Positions 37,806 to 49,032 of a stretch of 60,000 bases of DNA are shown in pieces. The notes below the pieces were generated by a model. The model ran no database searches. It had not been told where the DNA came from and was given only the letters and a program-made list of their open reading frames with translations. The position numbers and the translations under genes were made by a program. Position 1 is the first letter of the stretch, and each line of letters starts with the position of its first letter. This DNA is from Lama glama (Eukaryota): assembly GCA_028534125.1 (NCBI GenBank), contig CM052832.1:12774001-12834000 (forward strand), written 5' to 3'.

Positions 37806-38489
37806 CTCCTAATGACTGAAACCAAGAAACATTCTCCAGTGAATCCCAGGAAGACGTTCTGGGTGGAGAAACCACCATTCCAATCTATTCTTTGTAGAAG
37901 AAAAATGCAGTCAATTGCCTTTCCTGAGACACTTCACAGTAAGGTTACCAAGAGAAAACCAACCAACAACCAGAACTGAAACCTGAATGAAGATCCTAAA
38001 TGGAGAGCTAGTCTTTGAACACATTTTAATTCTACAAGGTTTGGTGCAGAAAGCCGGAAGGCCTGCCCTCTAGCTCTCGCTCTGATGCTCCCCTCCTTAG
38101 CCTTGGGTTGGCTTTTCCTCTGCGAACAATGAGGTTGTTGAACTAGGTATCTCTAGGCTTTCATCCAGCACTGAAATTCTAGTCCGTTTTCTAACCTCCA
38201 TTGATTATAAACCCCTGTTGGATAAAGGAAATAATCCCAAAGTGTTCTCCTCAGTGCTTGGCACACGGCAAGGCGCCGTATGGGTGTTAGCTATGAGGAA
38301 CCAGGTTCCTTGCTGTTGTAGTTTCCAAAACATCCTTCACAGAGCAGGTACTCGCCAATGTTGGCTGCCTCCTGATCTTCTTGCCCTACAGAAAGCTTGT
38401 CCGCCATACTGGTATTGGCAAGAAGAATCTGAGAAAAGGAGATATTAGGTCCCAGGTTACACAAATCCGTAAGAGAAAAACTAGCAGTG

Positions 38490-40349
38490 GAGGAGGAAAT
38501 ACACTATTTATTTACAGTTCTTTCACTTTATCCACAATTTCCCATACAAACATAAAAACTAAAAAAATAAAACCACCACTTGGGAACACAAGTGTCTTTC
38601 TTTAATTAGTCCAGTTGAGGGAGGGTCACAGCCCTCTCACTCTGTGAAGGAGACTATTGAGGCACACTGAAGGGGAAAAGGAAAGGGCTGGAAAAAATGC
38701 CTGAGAAACAGTTCCCGATGAGAAATGCCACAGGCCAGCGGGGTGGGCTTCACTGGCAGACTCAGGGCGTTACCCACTGGGGACGCTGCCTGGCTTTCCA
38801 AGGGCATGATGGCAGCCTACCACCACCCCCCTGCCTCTCCACCACCAAACACCCAACATTCAACATGGGTCACACAGCTCGTGAGCTGTGTGGGGTGCAA
38901 TGGTGCCAATGGGGGACACCGAACGCCTCTCCTTGAGAAGAGCTCAAGACCCCAGGGACACACAGGAAACCCCTTTCCTTGGCACTAACCGTCAGTCACA
39001 GCTTCTGTCTTGAACACAATGCTAACTTAAAAAAATGTAAAAACAAAAGCCCTCCCCAGATTCTGGGGGAAAGGCAGCGGCTAAAAACATGCAGAAGGGC
39101 TTCTGCCTCTGTAGTCTTCTCTCTGGAAGGCTGCTAGGGGTGAAGGGGGAGCTCTGACTGGTGCAGAGGGGGAAGGAACAGGGTAGCTGCTCCACAAGGG
39201 CCTGGGGAGGTGGGGAGAGGGCAGGAGAGAAAACTCTGGGACACTGACTCTGGGGATGGCTGCCCCGGTCAGCAGGGCAGCTCCACCTGCTGAGCTGAGC
39301 TCGCTCCAGCAGACAGGCATTCACTTCCCTCATAGGAGGGCGCCCAGAAACCAGCCTGGAGGTGCTGAGCCACCTGCCTGGCAACTTCATCTGTGCTAGT
39401 GACCTAGATTGCTTTCACGTGTTGATGCACATTATAAATATAAAATCATATCTTCTACAAAGAGGACATATATTTGTACATCTTTACCCATATACATAAT
39501 AACACAATTTACACATAATATCTTGGAGTGGGTCATCATGGAAAAAGGGTTTGGAGAGGTAAAAAGCCCCTTCTCCCTGCCCTGCCCTGATCCTTCTCTA
39601 GGGACTCTTGTATACTTGGTCACTGGGGCTCTTCGCAGCTGGTTGTGAAGGAGCTAGTCTGAACACAGGTTATTCAGACGTGTAACTAAATGCCAATGGG
39701 TGTGTCTGCCCACACACACAAACGTAGGCACACGTACAGACATCTGGTGAGAAAAGGAAAAATAAAATTCCTAGCCCTTGGGTGTAGGCCTCTTCCCAGA
39801 GTCATAAGCATCAGTGCCTCGTCCATCTGAGAACAATGGTCTTAAAAAGCTGCCCCTCACAGGCTCAGACTTGGGCAGAAGGGGAAGAGCTAGGAACTGG
39901 GGAGAGGGGCCCGGAGTCTTTTGAAAACATAAGGCGTTTCTGACCTGCGATCAAATCAAACTATGTCACAAAGAAGCAACAGTATCAGTTGGGGCTGGGA
40001 GGCAAGAGACAGCCAGTCCATGTCGGGCAATGTGAGTGGAGACCCTGAGCCTTCCCCTTCTTGGGTCCAGTTTCTTTTAAAGGGGTAGACAACCCTGTAC
40101 CACCTTTTCTGTCCTCTCCCAGTGCTGGGCCCATCCACGTGTCATGGAATACTGACAGTGGTCCAAGAGACCCATCCAGAGACGTGGAGTCGTGGACAGG
40201 CACGCCAAAAAGTTAAGACCTGGGCGGCAGATGTGAGATTTTTACAGCAGGAGTGGTTCCTGGCCAGAGTCCACGGCTCGCACAGTGGCCACGGTGATCA
40301 GACTGCCATCAGAGGTGGGGGCAGTCTGGGTCCCCGCGGGAGACAGCAC
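38490..40349 (-). other. TBC1D22B: TBC1D22B 3'UTR (about 1.85 kb)
   Basis: Repeat-poor stretch from the stop codon to the AATAAA; cleavage site is inferred. Confidence 0.7.
38507..38512 (-). terminator. Polyadenylation signal AATAAA for TBC1D22B
   Basis: Minus strand reads TGTAAATAAATAGTGTATTTCC, followed by U-rich sequence. Confidence 0.7.
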
Positions 40350-40478
40350 CTATCGGCGGTAGTGATTGGGGGCGTCGGCGAACATGTACTTGAGTCTATA
40401 TGCCTCAGCAAGGAGCAGCCCAATCTCTTCGTTGCCCCAGTGTATCGTGGGTAGGTTTTGCAGCAGCATGAGGAGACC
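40350..40478 (-). CDS. TBC1D22B: TBC1D22B last coding exon (GLLMLLQNLPTIHWGNEEIGLLLAEAYRLKYMFADAPNHYRR*)
   Basis: Acceptor ttccag|GGT; TAG stop at 40352-40350; TBC1D22B-type C-terminus; position next to RNF8 fits known synteny. Confidence 0.96.
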   Translation of the reverse strand, partial: GLLMLLQNLPTIHWGNEEIGLLLAEAYRLKYMFADAPNHYRR

Positions 40479-41015
40479 CTGGAACGCAAGAAAGGACTTG
40501 TATCATTGCAGGACTACAGACCAAGGGAGCCTTGTGTCTCCTGGATCACACATCCCAAGGGTTTGAACTCCCTCCTCCCAGGCAGCCCACCGTCCTTGGC
40601 CCCTAGTTCACCTTTAGGAAGAATAGAAAAGCCTCTGCTGAGTCTCTGAGCCACTAACACCCACCTCTAAAAATATTGTCAGTAGAGAATGGTAACAATA
40701 AATAAGAATATAAATAAGGATATTTAAAAGAGAAAGAGAATCACTCATCATCCAAATAAACCTCTCAGTTTCAAAGTATTCCTTTTCAGTCTTTTTTCAC
40801 ATACAGATTTCTTTAAATAGTTGCAACCATAATTATGATTTTATGTGCTTTTTAATCATCCTTTACTATAATTTTTGTGCTTTTCCATGAAGCTTTCAAA
40901 AATAATTATTCTCAATGTTAGTATTCCATGATGTGGCTATATCCTAATTTACTCAATCATTTCCCTTTTATTAATACTTGATTTGTTTCCTTTGAAAAAA
41001 AAAAAAAGCCCTGTA

Positions 41016-41138
41016 GGGGAGGGTATAGCTCAGCGGTAGAGCGTGTGCTTAGCATGCACAAGGTCCTGGGTTTAATCCCCAGTACCTCCATTAAAATAAA
41101 CAAACAAACAAACCTAATTACCTCCCTCCCCTCCCCCT
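41016..41138 (+). mobile_element. tRNA-derived SINE (vic-1-like)
   Basis: SINE head; TSD AAAAAAGCCCT(G/T)TA. Confidence 0.87.
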
Positions 41139-41974
41139 AAAAAAGCCCTTTATTGATAAGACTGCTGCATTTGACATCTTTGCATTTTGCATCCTTCTCT
41201 AATCCCAATGTTCACTTGTAATCACTGTCTTACTTATCCTCCTTTCACCTTGTTCTCCTAAGACTGTCCTCAACCTACCTTGTCCAGCTTATTTCCCACT
41301 GTTTCCAGCATACATGCCTCATGTAGCCAGGTCCACTTCAGCCACGTTTATTTGTGCTCCAGGGTTTAATCTATGATATCTGTTTCACTTGGAATATCTT
41401 CTCCTTTCTCCTCTACCTATCTAAATCCTATTCAGTTTTCAAAGCCCAGGTCCCTCCAATAGCTCCATGAGAGGATATCAGAATAAAAAATGAATGTGAG
41501 GTTTTAGGTTATCTCTGTAATTTAGTTATCCATGCGGTTGCTGCTGCTTTGTGCTCCTTCTCTGTCTCTCTTTCTGAACTGGATATTCTTACTTTTCTGA
41601 TTGTAAAAGTGATAGTAGCAAGACAAAACTCAGAGACATAAAGAGGCTGACAGACTTGAAACAATTCTGAAATATCAGTATGCCAAGAGGTACAAAAACA
41701 AGGTTAAAATATAAGAAACTGACTATAAGAACATATTTATAATACTTATAAAAACCAAAAGGTTAATATCCAAAATAAAAAGGAGTACTTATAAATCAGT
41801 AAGAAAAAAAGGAAAACAACCAAATGGAAAAAACGGATGTGAATAGGTAACGTACAAAATGCCAATGGCCCAACAACATGCTAGAACGCTGCCTCTGGCT
41901 GATCTGCACCCTCCAGCAATGTTTTACAATTGTCAATGTGGAGGTCTTGCATATATTTAACGAAATTCAGTAAA

Positions 41975-42370
41975 TCCTTCCCTCAGTAAAAGAACATCTA
42001 GCTGGGCACAAAGCAGCCTATGCACACCACTGCTATGTCTGGCCACTATGATTAAGTTCTGGCCAATTTAGGGGACAGGGTAACTCTTCGGTTCTGCCCT
42101 AGAAGTCTCCTTCTCCCTCTCCTAGAAAATGGGTATGAATGGACGAGTGGAAGCAGTCATCTTAGACCATAAGATTAAAGCTATGTGTTGAAGATGGCAG
42201 AGCAAGAAGAGAGAAGAAATTCGAGTCCCTGCCACTCTGGAGCCGTAATGTGAGCCCTGGGCTGTTACACTTAGACTGTTAACTGAAGAGAAGTAAACAA
42301 CTACCTTGTTTAAAGCCACTGCTATTTTTAGGTCTTGGTTACAGGAGACAAGTTTATATCATCTTAACAA
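41975..42370 (+). mobile_element. MLT1-type (MaLR) solo LTR
   Basis: ATGATTAAGTTCTGGCCAAT...GAAGATGGCAGAGCAAG...CTTGTTTAAAGCCACTG. Confidence 0.55.
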
Positions 42371-44766
42371 ACACGGGCCATATCTATCAAAATCAGAAAC
42401 GCACATGGTCTGTGATTCAGCAACTCTACTCCTATGCTCTTCTCCTAGGAAAATACTCACACTCCTGTACCAGGGTATGCACTGCATCATTGTATCACTG
42501 CTTCGAATAGTGGGGAAAAGGACACTAGGAAAGTGTCCATCAGAATGGGAATGGTTAGATAAACCAGCTATCCACATCATGAACTAGAAGGCAGCACCTA
42601 TAAACTGAAGCAAAACTACATGTGCCAAGGTGGAAAGATACGAAAGACATTTGGGGGCGGTGGGTAGCAAGTTGCAGAAAAATACTTCTAGTAAGATCCC
42701 ACTCAGGCAAAAGAGAAAACACAACATATATCTGTATATACATATATGAATATAAAAATTTTAGATAGTTAGGTGGTAAACTGTTAAGAGTGGTTACCTT
42801 TGGGGACGGGAGACTTTCACTTTTTTCTCATTATACTTCTGTACCTTTTGAGCCCCTTGTTTTCAATTATTATAATAAAGTCTTTGTATATTACTTGTAT
42901 GACAGGACATTTCTTTTCTGATTAATACATATTCTGTGGAAGTTTTGTTTATTTTGTAAAAAGTGAAAAAGCAGAAAATAAATTACCCTTAACTTCATAA
43001 TCAAGAGGAAGCAACTTTCAAACATTTTGGCGTATTTCTTCCCAGTCCTTTTTCTGCACATTTTATACAGCTGAAACATTTTCTCTAAATAATTTTGAAT
43101 CTGTTTAGCATTTATCATAAATATTTCCTCTAATATTAAAAACTCCTTTTAGACATTTTCAGCAGCCAAAGAATTTTCCAGGATGCAGATGTACCATACT
43201 TTACTCCGTATCTTCCTGTTTTGAGCATTTAATCATTTCTGGCTTTTCACTGTAATGAAATTATAATGAACAGCTTTGTACATAAAGCCATATTTCAGAT
43301 TATTTCCTTGAGCTAAATTCCTAGGAATGAAATTACTGCGTCAAAGGGCATGAACATTTTAAAGATACTTAAGCTCATCCAGAAAAATACTCATTTCCCT
43401 AGATCTCCACCAGCACTGAACACTCTCACTAAACAAACGTCGTTCATTGTAATTCCTATCCTTGAGGTTTCCAGGCCTGAGAACAGAACTCAAAGCCACA
43501 AGTCAAAATGGTGGTGAACCCATAAAAGAGCACAGTGAGAAAGCAACCAGGCCACGAGTTTCTCTATACATCTCACTCTCCCCATCCACAGATGCTGGCA
43601 TCCACTTGCTCTCTCTTTCCGACACTCTCCAAGTCAACGCCTCCTCCAGTACATCGCTGTTACTGAAATTCACTCAGTGAGACCAGCTACCCAACCACTT
43701 ACCGATACTCACTGAGCCCACCCAGATGTTAACAATGCTTTAAAAAAAAAAAACCCAACTTTTAGCTGCTCTGAGCATCTCTGGAGTGTGCATTTCACAC
43801 AGTACCCAATTCTCACTGGGTTCTGCCTTGGCCTCAGTTCTTCATCAGCCTCAAAGCTTTCTTTTCTTCTTCTTTTTATAAAGAGAACCACAATTTCTGT
43901 TTCAATGTATTTTTTTTAAATGTTGCCCTTAGAATAAAACCCTTCCTCGGGGACTCCCTGAACTTTGGCCCTTTTGATTCTTCTCTCCTGCTTCCTATTC
44001 ATCCCCCCAAGTGCCCCACTCCCACCCAAACTGTTAAAGGTATTGCCTCTTTTTGCCGGCCTCCATCTCAGGGAGTCAACTTTTATTCTAACTTTGGCAG
44101 GCTCTCTATTATCCAGGCCTTAACCTTTCCTGTACCTCAGACTCTCCGACTGTCTGATGTCGCCTATGGATCCCTTCTCAGAATAAGGGCTTTAAAAATA
44201 TAAAACACATAGTACCACAAAGAAGACAGGTTGAATTGAACTATAATTCTCAAAATATTTTAAAAACAAATTTGTGACACTACAACATATGTACTTTATT
44301 AATATATTCTATAACAAGACTAATGGCAGATTAAATAACTACCATAATTTCAAAGAAGTAAAGAATGGAAACAATGTTTTCAGATAGGATATGAAACAAC
44401 TTGATAGGATATGAAAATACTTGCAGTCAGTGAAAAAGACAGGCACTGCTAATTTTACTGTTTTGCTGTCTACAGTCATTATTGTAGGAAATACTAATGT
44501 TGAATTAGTGGTCATTGAAAATAAAACTATAATTATTTTTCCACTAATGTCCAGGGATCCCCAGATTTCTAAACATGGGCCTTACTTTAAAGTGCCCTGG
44601 CTCCTGTAGCTTGCCCTTCTCTTGATCCATACCACAGCCAACAAGAAGTCTTAAACTTCCCTTTAAACACCTAAGTGTCCACATTAACATTAACATTTTA
44701 AGCTTTATTCGTTCATTGGAAAACTTCTTTTTTGGTGCAAATCACTTTTGTTGGCATAGAAATTCC

Positions 44767-44913
44767 TTTGTTTTTAAATTTTATGATTTTTTTTTATTTT
44801 GGGGGGGAGGTAATTAGATTTATTTATTTATTTTTAATGGAGGTACTAAGGATTGAACCCAGGACCTCATGCATGCTAGGCATGTGCTCTACCACTGAGC
44901 TATATTCTCCCCC
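44767..44913 (-). mobile_element. tRNA-derived SINE (vic-1-like)
   Basis: Reverse-complement head (CTCTACCACTGAGCTATATTCTCCCC); T-rich tail; TSD CATAGAA(A/T)TTC. Confidence 0.87.
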
Positions 44914-46024
44914 GACATAGAATTTCATTCCCACTTTCAATCAACTTGCTGGGTGAAGTCAAACTGCAATCCTGTTTCTTGAGGATATACCATATTGACT
45001 CAAAACCAGGCCCCACCTTTCAAGGAAGGGGAGCTGAAGGAATGATACTTGCTTAGCCTCACCCAGAACACCAGTAAGAAGATTCCAGGGCCCTGGAGCC
45101 TCAGTGAGACTCTTAGGGCTTTAAGTGATTGTCTCACCTGTCATCACAGCCACTGGTTCCAACCACGCTGCAAGAGCTGAATAGATGGCAGGAACTCTTA
45201 GAAATACATGGACCCAAGTCTCATTCCTGGAGTTCTGGATTCTAAAAATTTGGGATGGGACCCGGCAGTCCACAGCTTTTACACACTCCTCCAATAATTC
45301 CAACAGGCAAGCAGGTCTGGGGTTACCACTAGAGGGATTAAAAAGCCCTTGAAGGATTAAAAGCACATCTGAGATGCAGACCTAATAGTGAGATCCTAAG
45401 GAAGGAAACCCCTAGGCATCACACAGAGTGACCTTTCATTATATAAATTTGGATAAATCTGTAAAATGGAATACTCTGCAGCCAAATTATTTTAATGTTT
45501 TCACAGTTTCTGCACAAGCATGTACTCATGTAATGAGCAAAAATTATAAAAATGAAGGAAATTATGTAGATCTGTATATATATATTTTGACATTATAGAA
45601 CAACCACTATATTTTGTACAGTAATAACAAGAGATTACAAAAACAAAATATACAAAATGTTTCCATTAACATATGTACAGTAGGTATTTATTCATATAGA
45701 TTAGTATGGCAAAATGTCTAAAAGGAGATCTATTACCTTTGTGTGGTAAGATTTCAGGTACTTTTTTTTTCTTTTTCCTTATTGGTATTTTCTAATCTTT
45801 CTATAATCGTTATATATATTTGCACAATTGGTAAACAAAAACAACCAACAAAGGGGTGATCTCTCCAGAAAATAATATTTTTTGCTAAAACAGGATCTCC
45901 CTGTAATTTCCAACTCTTCTAGTCTTGCTAGAAATCTCCCAGAAGCCGTGAACTAATTCTACCCTTGACTAAGGTAACCTTCCCACCTCCCCCGACGGCC
46001 ATGAGACTTAGGTGTGAGGAACCA

Positions 46025-46043
46025 CTCTGCCACCTGGTGGCTA
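46025..46043 (-). promoter_or_regulatory. Candidate CTCF site
   Basis: Minus strand TAGCCACCAGGTGGCAGAG, close to the CCACCAG(G/A)(G/T)GGC(A/G) core. Confidence 0.55.
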
Positions 46044-46649
46044 TGCCTAAGAACTACACCTCCCACGTAGAGCTGCAGCAATGGAAAACCCTGCCCGTTG
46101 GTAAATTTGGGATAAAGTAGAAACCAAATAATCATGAGTGGGGAAAGAAGGCATTAATTACAAATCAAGTACTTTAATCAAGGGGTACAGAAGAGACACA
46201 CTGCTGGGGCAGGGAGCAACTGAATATTGTTACAAAGCCAGCTCCTAGGAGCACTAAGCATAACATGCAGTCAGTTGAAACAGTGCAGCCATGAGAAGAT
46301 AGCTCGTGGGACAAGCAGCAGAGAGTGACTGTAAGTTAATGGAAGGGGCAATGGCTTTCACAGAATAAATGCTGTGAATGGCTGAAAAAGCAGAAAAGGG
46401 CCAGTCCCTGGTACTTGCTGAGAATCTGGATCCCAGAGGAAAAGGAATATGGCAGAGGAAGAATTTGACCCATGTGTGAGGGGGTGAGGGGAAGACAACA
46501 ATTAGACTAGGGGCCAAAGGAGAAGGGGTAGTAGGCAATATGCAGGGACCCTGGTAAGAAAAAGTACAGGGAAACCTCATTAAAGAGTGTCCAACAGATG
46601 GAAGAACTGGTGAGGAAGAGGGAGATAATGAAGGATACTGATCATTACA

Positions 46650-46890
46650 GCAGTAGTTATCACTTATTGAGCACTTACTGCTTTCCAGATGAGGTCCTAA
46701 ATGCTTTACATGTGCACTGTGTTACCACAGTGAATCCTCACATCAACTCTATGAGGCACATTTTATTACCTCCATTTTACAGATGAGGAAATTGAGGCAC
46801 AGAGGTTAAGGAACTTGCCTCAGGTCACAGAGGAGTGCTGGGTTGCGATCTGAACCCAGACCACCAGGTTCCAGAGCTGGTGCTCAGGAC
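46650..46890 (-). mobile_element. MIR SINE
   Basis: CCATTTTACAGATGAGGAAATTGAGGCACAGAGGTTAAG core. Confidence 0.85.
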
Positions 46891-48082
46891 CACTATACGA
46901 TATACTGCCGACCTGAAGTAAGTTAAGGGGAAGTGGGCATAACACAGAAGGAATGAAAAGAAAAGAAGTCACAGATGAGGCTGTTTGAAGGAAATCTGGA
47001 GGAGTGGTTAATTTTACTCAGTGATAAGGTCCAAGCACAACCATCAGGACATGTAATAATTAACAGCAAAGGAACTTAAAGGCTGCATAAAATGTATACT
47101 ATTAAATATGATACTGTGTGTAGAATCACCTTAGCACACTGGAACATTCTTTGCAAAGGTAAAATGTATTCAGGCAAGTAAAATACTTTCCTAGTCAAAG
47201 TACTTTAAAACAAATCCCTCATTCTGAGAATCAGTGAGGTAGCAAAACAATTCCCTTGGTCTCAGTAAAAACTTTCAAAAACAGGTCCTTGTATGTAAAC
47301 TTTTTCAGACTCTAAGTTATTCATTGGTTTCCCTGGCGTCAAAGCACCTAGTGCACTTAGCAAGTTTGCCCTCAGAGACAGCCATGTCGAGTCCCCCTCC
47401 ACGGCTTGTTTGCTTTACGTGTTGAGGAATCATGCCTGTTCTCACACCAGCTTGCTCTGGGTGGACGGTTGTTAGTTCCCAGGGTTCCCTCTGAACCCTT
47501 CTTCCGGGCAGGATTCAAACTGGCAATTCAGTGGGTATCTGTGAAGATGGGGCCGGCGTTTGGACAATGTTCCACAATCCCACCCTTGAGTTCCTGGACA
47601 AGTTGTGGGTGGATGCCATCTGGTTCAAAGGATTTATATACATTTAGTTTGTTATTTAGGACTGGAAAATCCCACAGGCTTAGCACTATTTTCATTTAAT
47701 AACTCTGACCCGTCACTTTCAGAGTGGGCATCTCTCCAAGGTTTTCTTCCATAAGGTTAAAGCAAAGGATTCTGAGAACAGCTGCTACTTTGGTTTAAGA
47801 TCATTACCTGGTCCCACCAACTCCCCTGCCAGTTCCCTTTTCATGTATTTAAAGGAACTTTGATTATTGGTCTTGGAGTCCCCTGCAAGGGGCTTCTCAG
47901 TAGCACTTCAGAGCCATCTGAGGGCTTGTTGGCACCTGCCTCGACGTCTCTGTGGGGTCCCAGGCTCTCCTGGACTCTCAGAGATGCTGCTTTTGCCAAG
48001 GGGACTTTTTAGGCTGTAGATGGCCAGGCATTTGCTCAGGTGCCTGTTCTCTCTGACTTACATAAAATAATCTAGCTAGGAA

Positions 48083-48225
48083 ATTATTATCTCCATTTTA
48101 CAGATGAGGAAATTGAGGTAGAGATTAAGGAACTTGCCTGGGGTCACAGAGTAGTGCTGGGCTAGGATGTGAACCCAGGCAATCTGGTTCTAGGGCTGGT
48201 GCCTGTAACCACCATACTATAGACT
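48083..48225 (-). mobile_element. Partial MIR SINE (part of a local duplication)
   Basis: CCATTTTACAGATGAGGAAATTGAGG core. Confidence 0.8.
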
Positions 48226-48418
48226 GCTTGCCTCGAGTAAGAGAAGTGGGGCATAACATAGAAGAAAAAAAAAAGAACAGAAGAGGCTGTGGAAGAAAAT
48301 CTAGAAAAGTTAGTTAATTTTATTGTAAAGTAGAGGCAATAATTTTCTAGATACATTACATTATGGTCAAGTGATTTTCATATTTCCTGTGGGTTACTTT
48401 ATTCTCTACAAATATTCC

Positions 48419-49032
48419 TTTTTTGCCTTTAATACCAATTAAAGGTTTATTATAAAATGAAAAAATGTTAGTTTCTCATTTCAGTGATTCAGGAAAACAA
48501 GGCCGTGAGCCCTGGGTAGACCTAGGTGCCAAAAGCCAGGCCCAGGAGTGGTCAACAGGCACCGGTTCACACCCTCCAGCAGATGGGTGTCTCCAAGGCA
48601 GCTGCCACCTGCTCCCTGTCTTCCAGCTGCTTGCTCACTGTGCTCTGAGGCCTGGGCCCCTGGTGTAATATGCATGTGTATCTTGAAATGCTAGGGAAGG
48701 GATCACAGAACTCGACCTTGACGGACTGGCCAATAAGGATGGCCATGCTGCAGTACAGAATGGTGTGAAGGCCACAGCTACTGTGCTCTTGCGGTCGCTC
48801 CCCTGAACCTGAACTTGCTCTACTACGTTTGATTCCTCTAATGTCGGTGGATGCTCCGGGTCACTGATGGAGCATATCAGATCAAAGATCTCGTGAGCCA
48901 GTGCGGTTGGGAACCTGCTTGTTCTCTTTGTCCAGGGTCACAGCTGCTCCCTGGAGCACTTGTAGGTGGTGGGGGTGGGGGGTTGTTCTTCAGGAGGCCC
49001 TCCCCACTGTCACAGAACCACTGCCAGCCTGA
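48419..49032 (-). pseudogene. CIAO2B: Processed pseudogene of CIAO2B (FAM96B/MIP18, cytosolic Fe-S assembly component)
   Basis: Intronless minus-strand fragments in shifting frames: [44 protein letters not shown] (48892-48761), [49 protein letters not shown]. Followed by a UTR, AATAAA (48451-48446) and an A6 remnant. Several frameshifts and no ATG. Confidence 0.9.
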
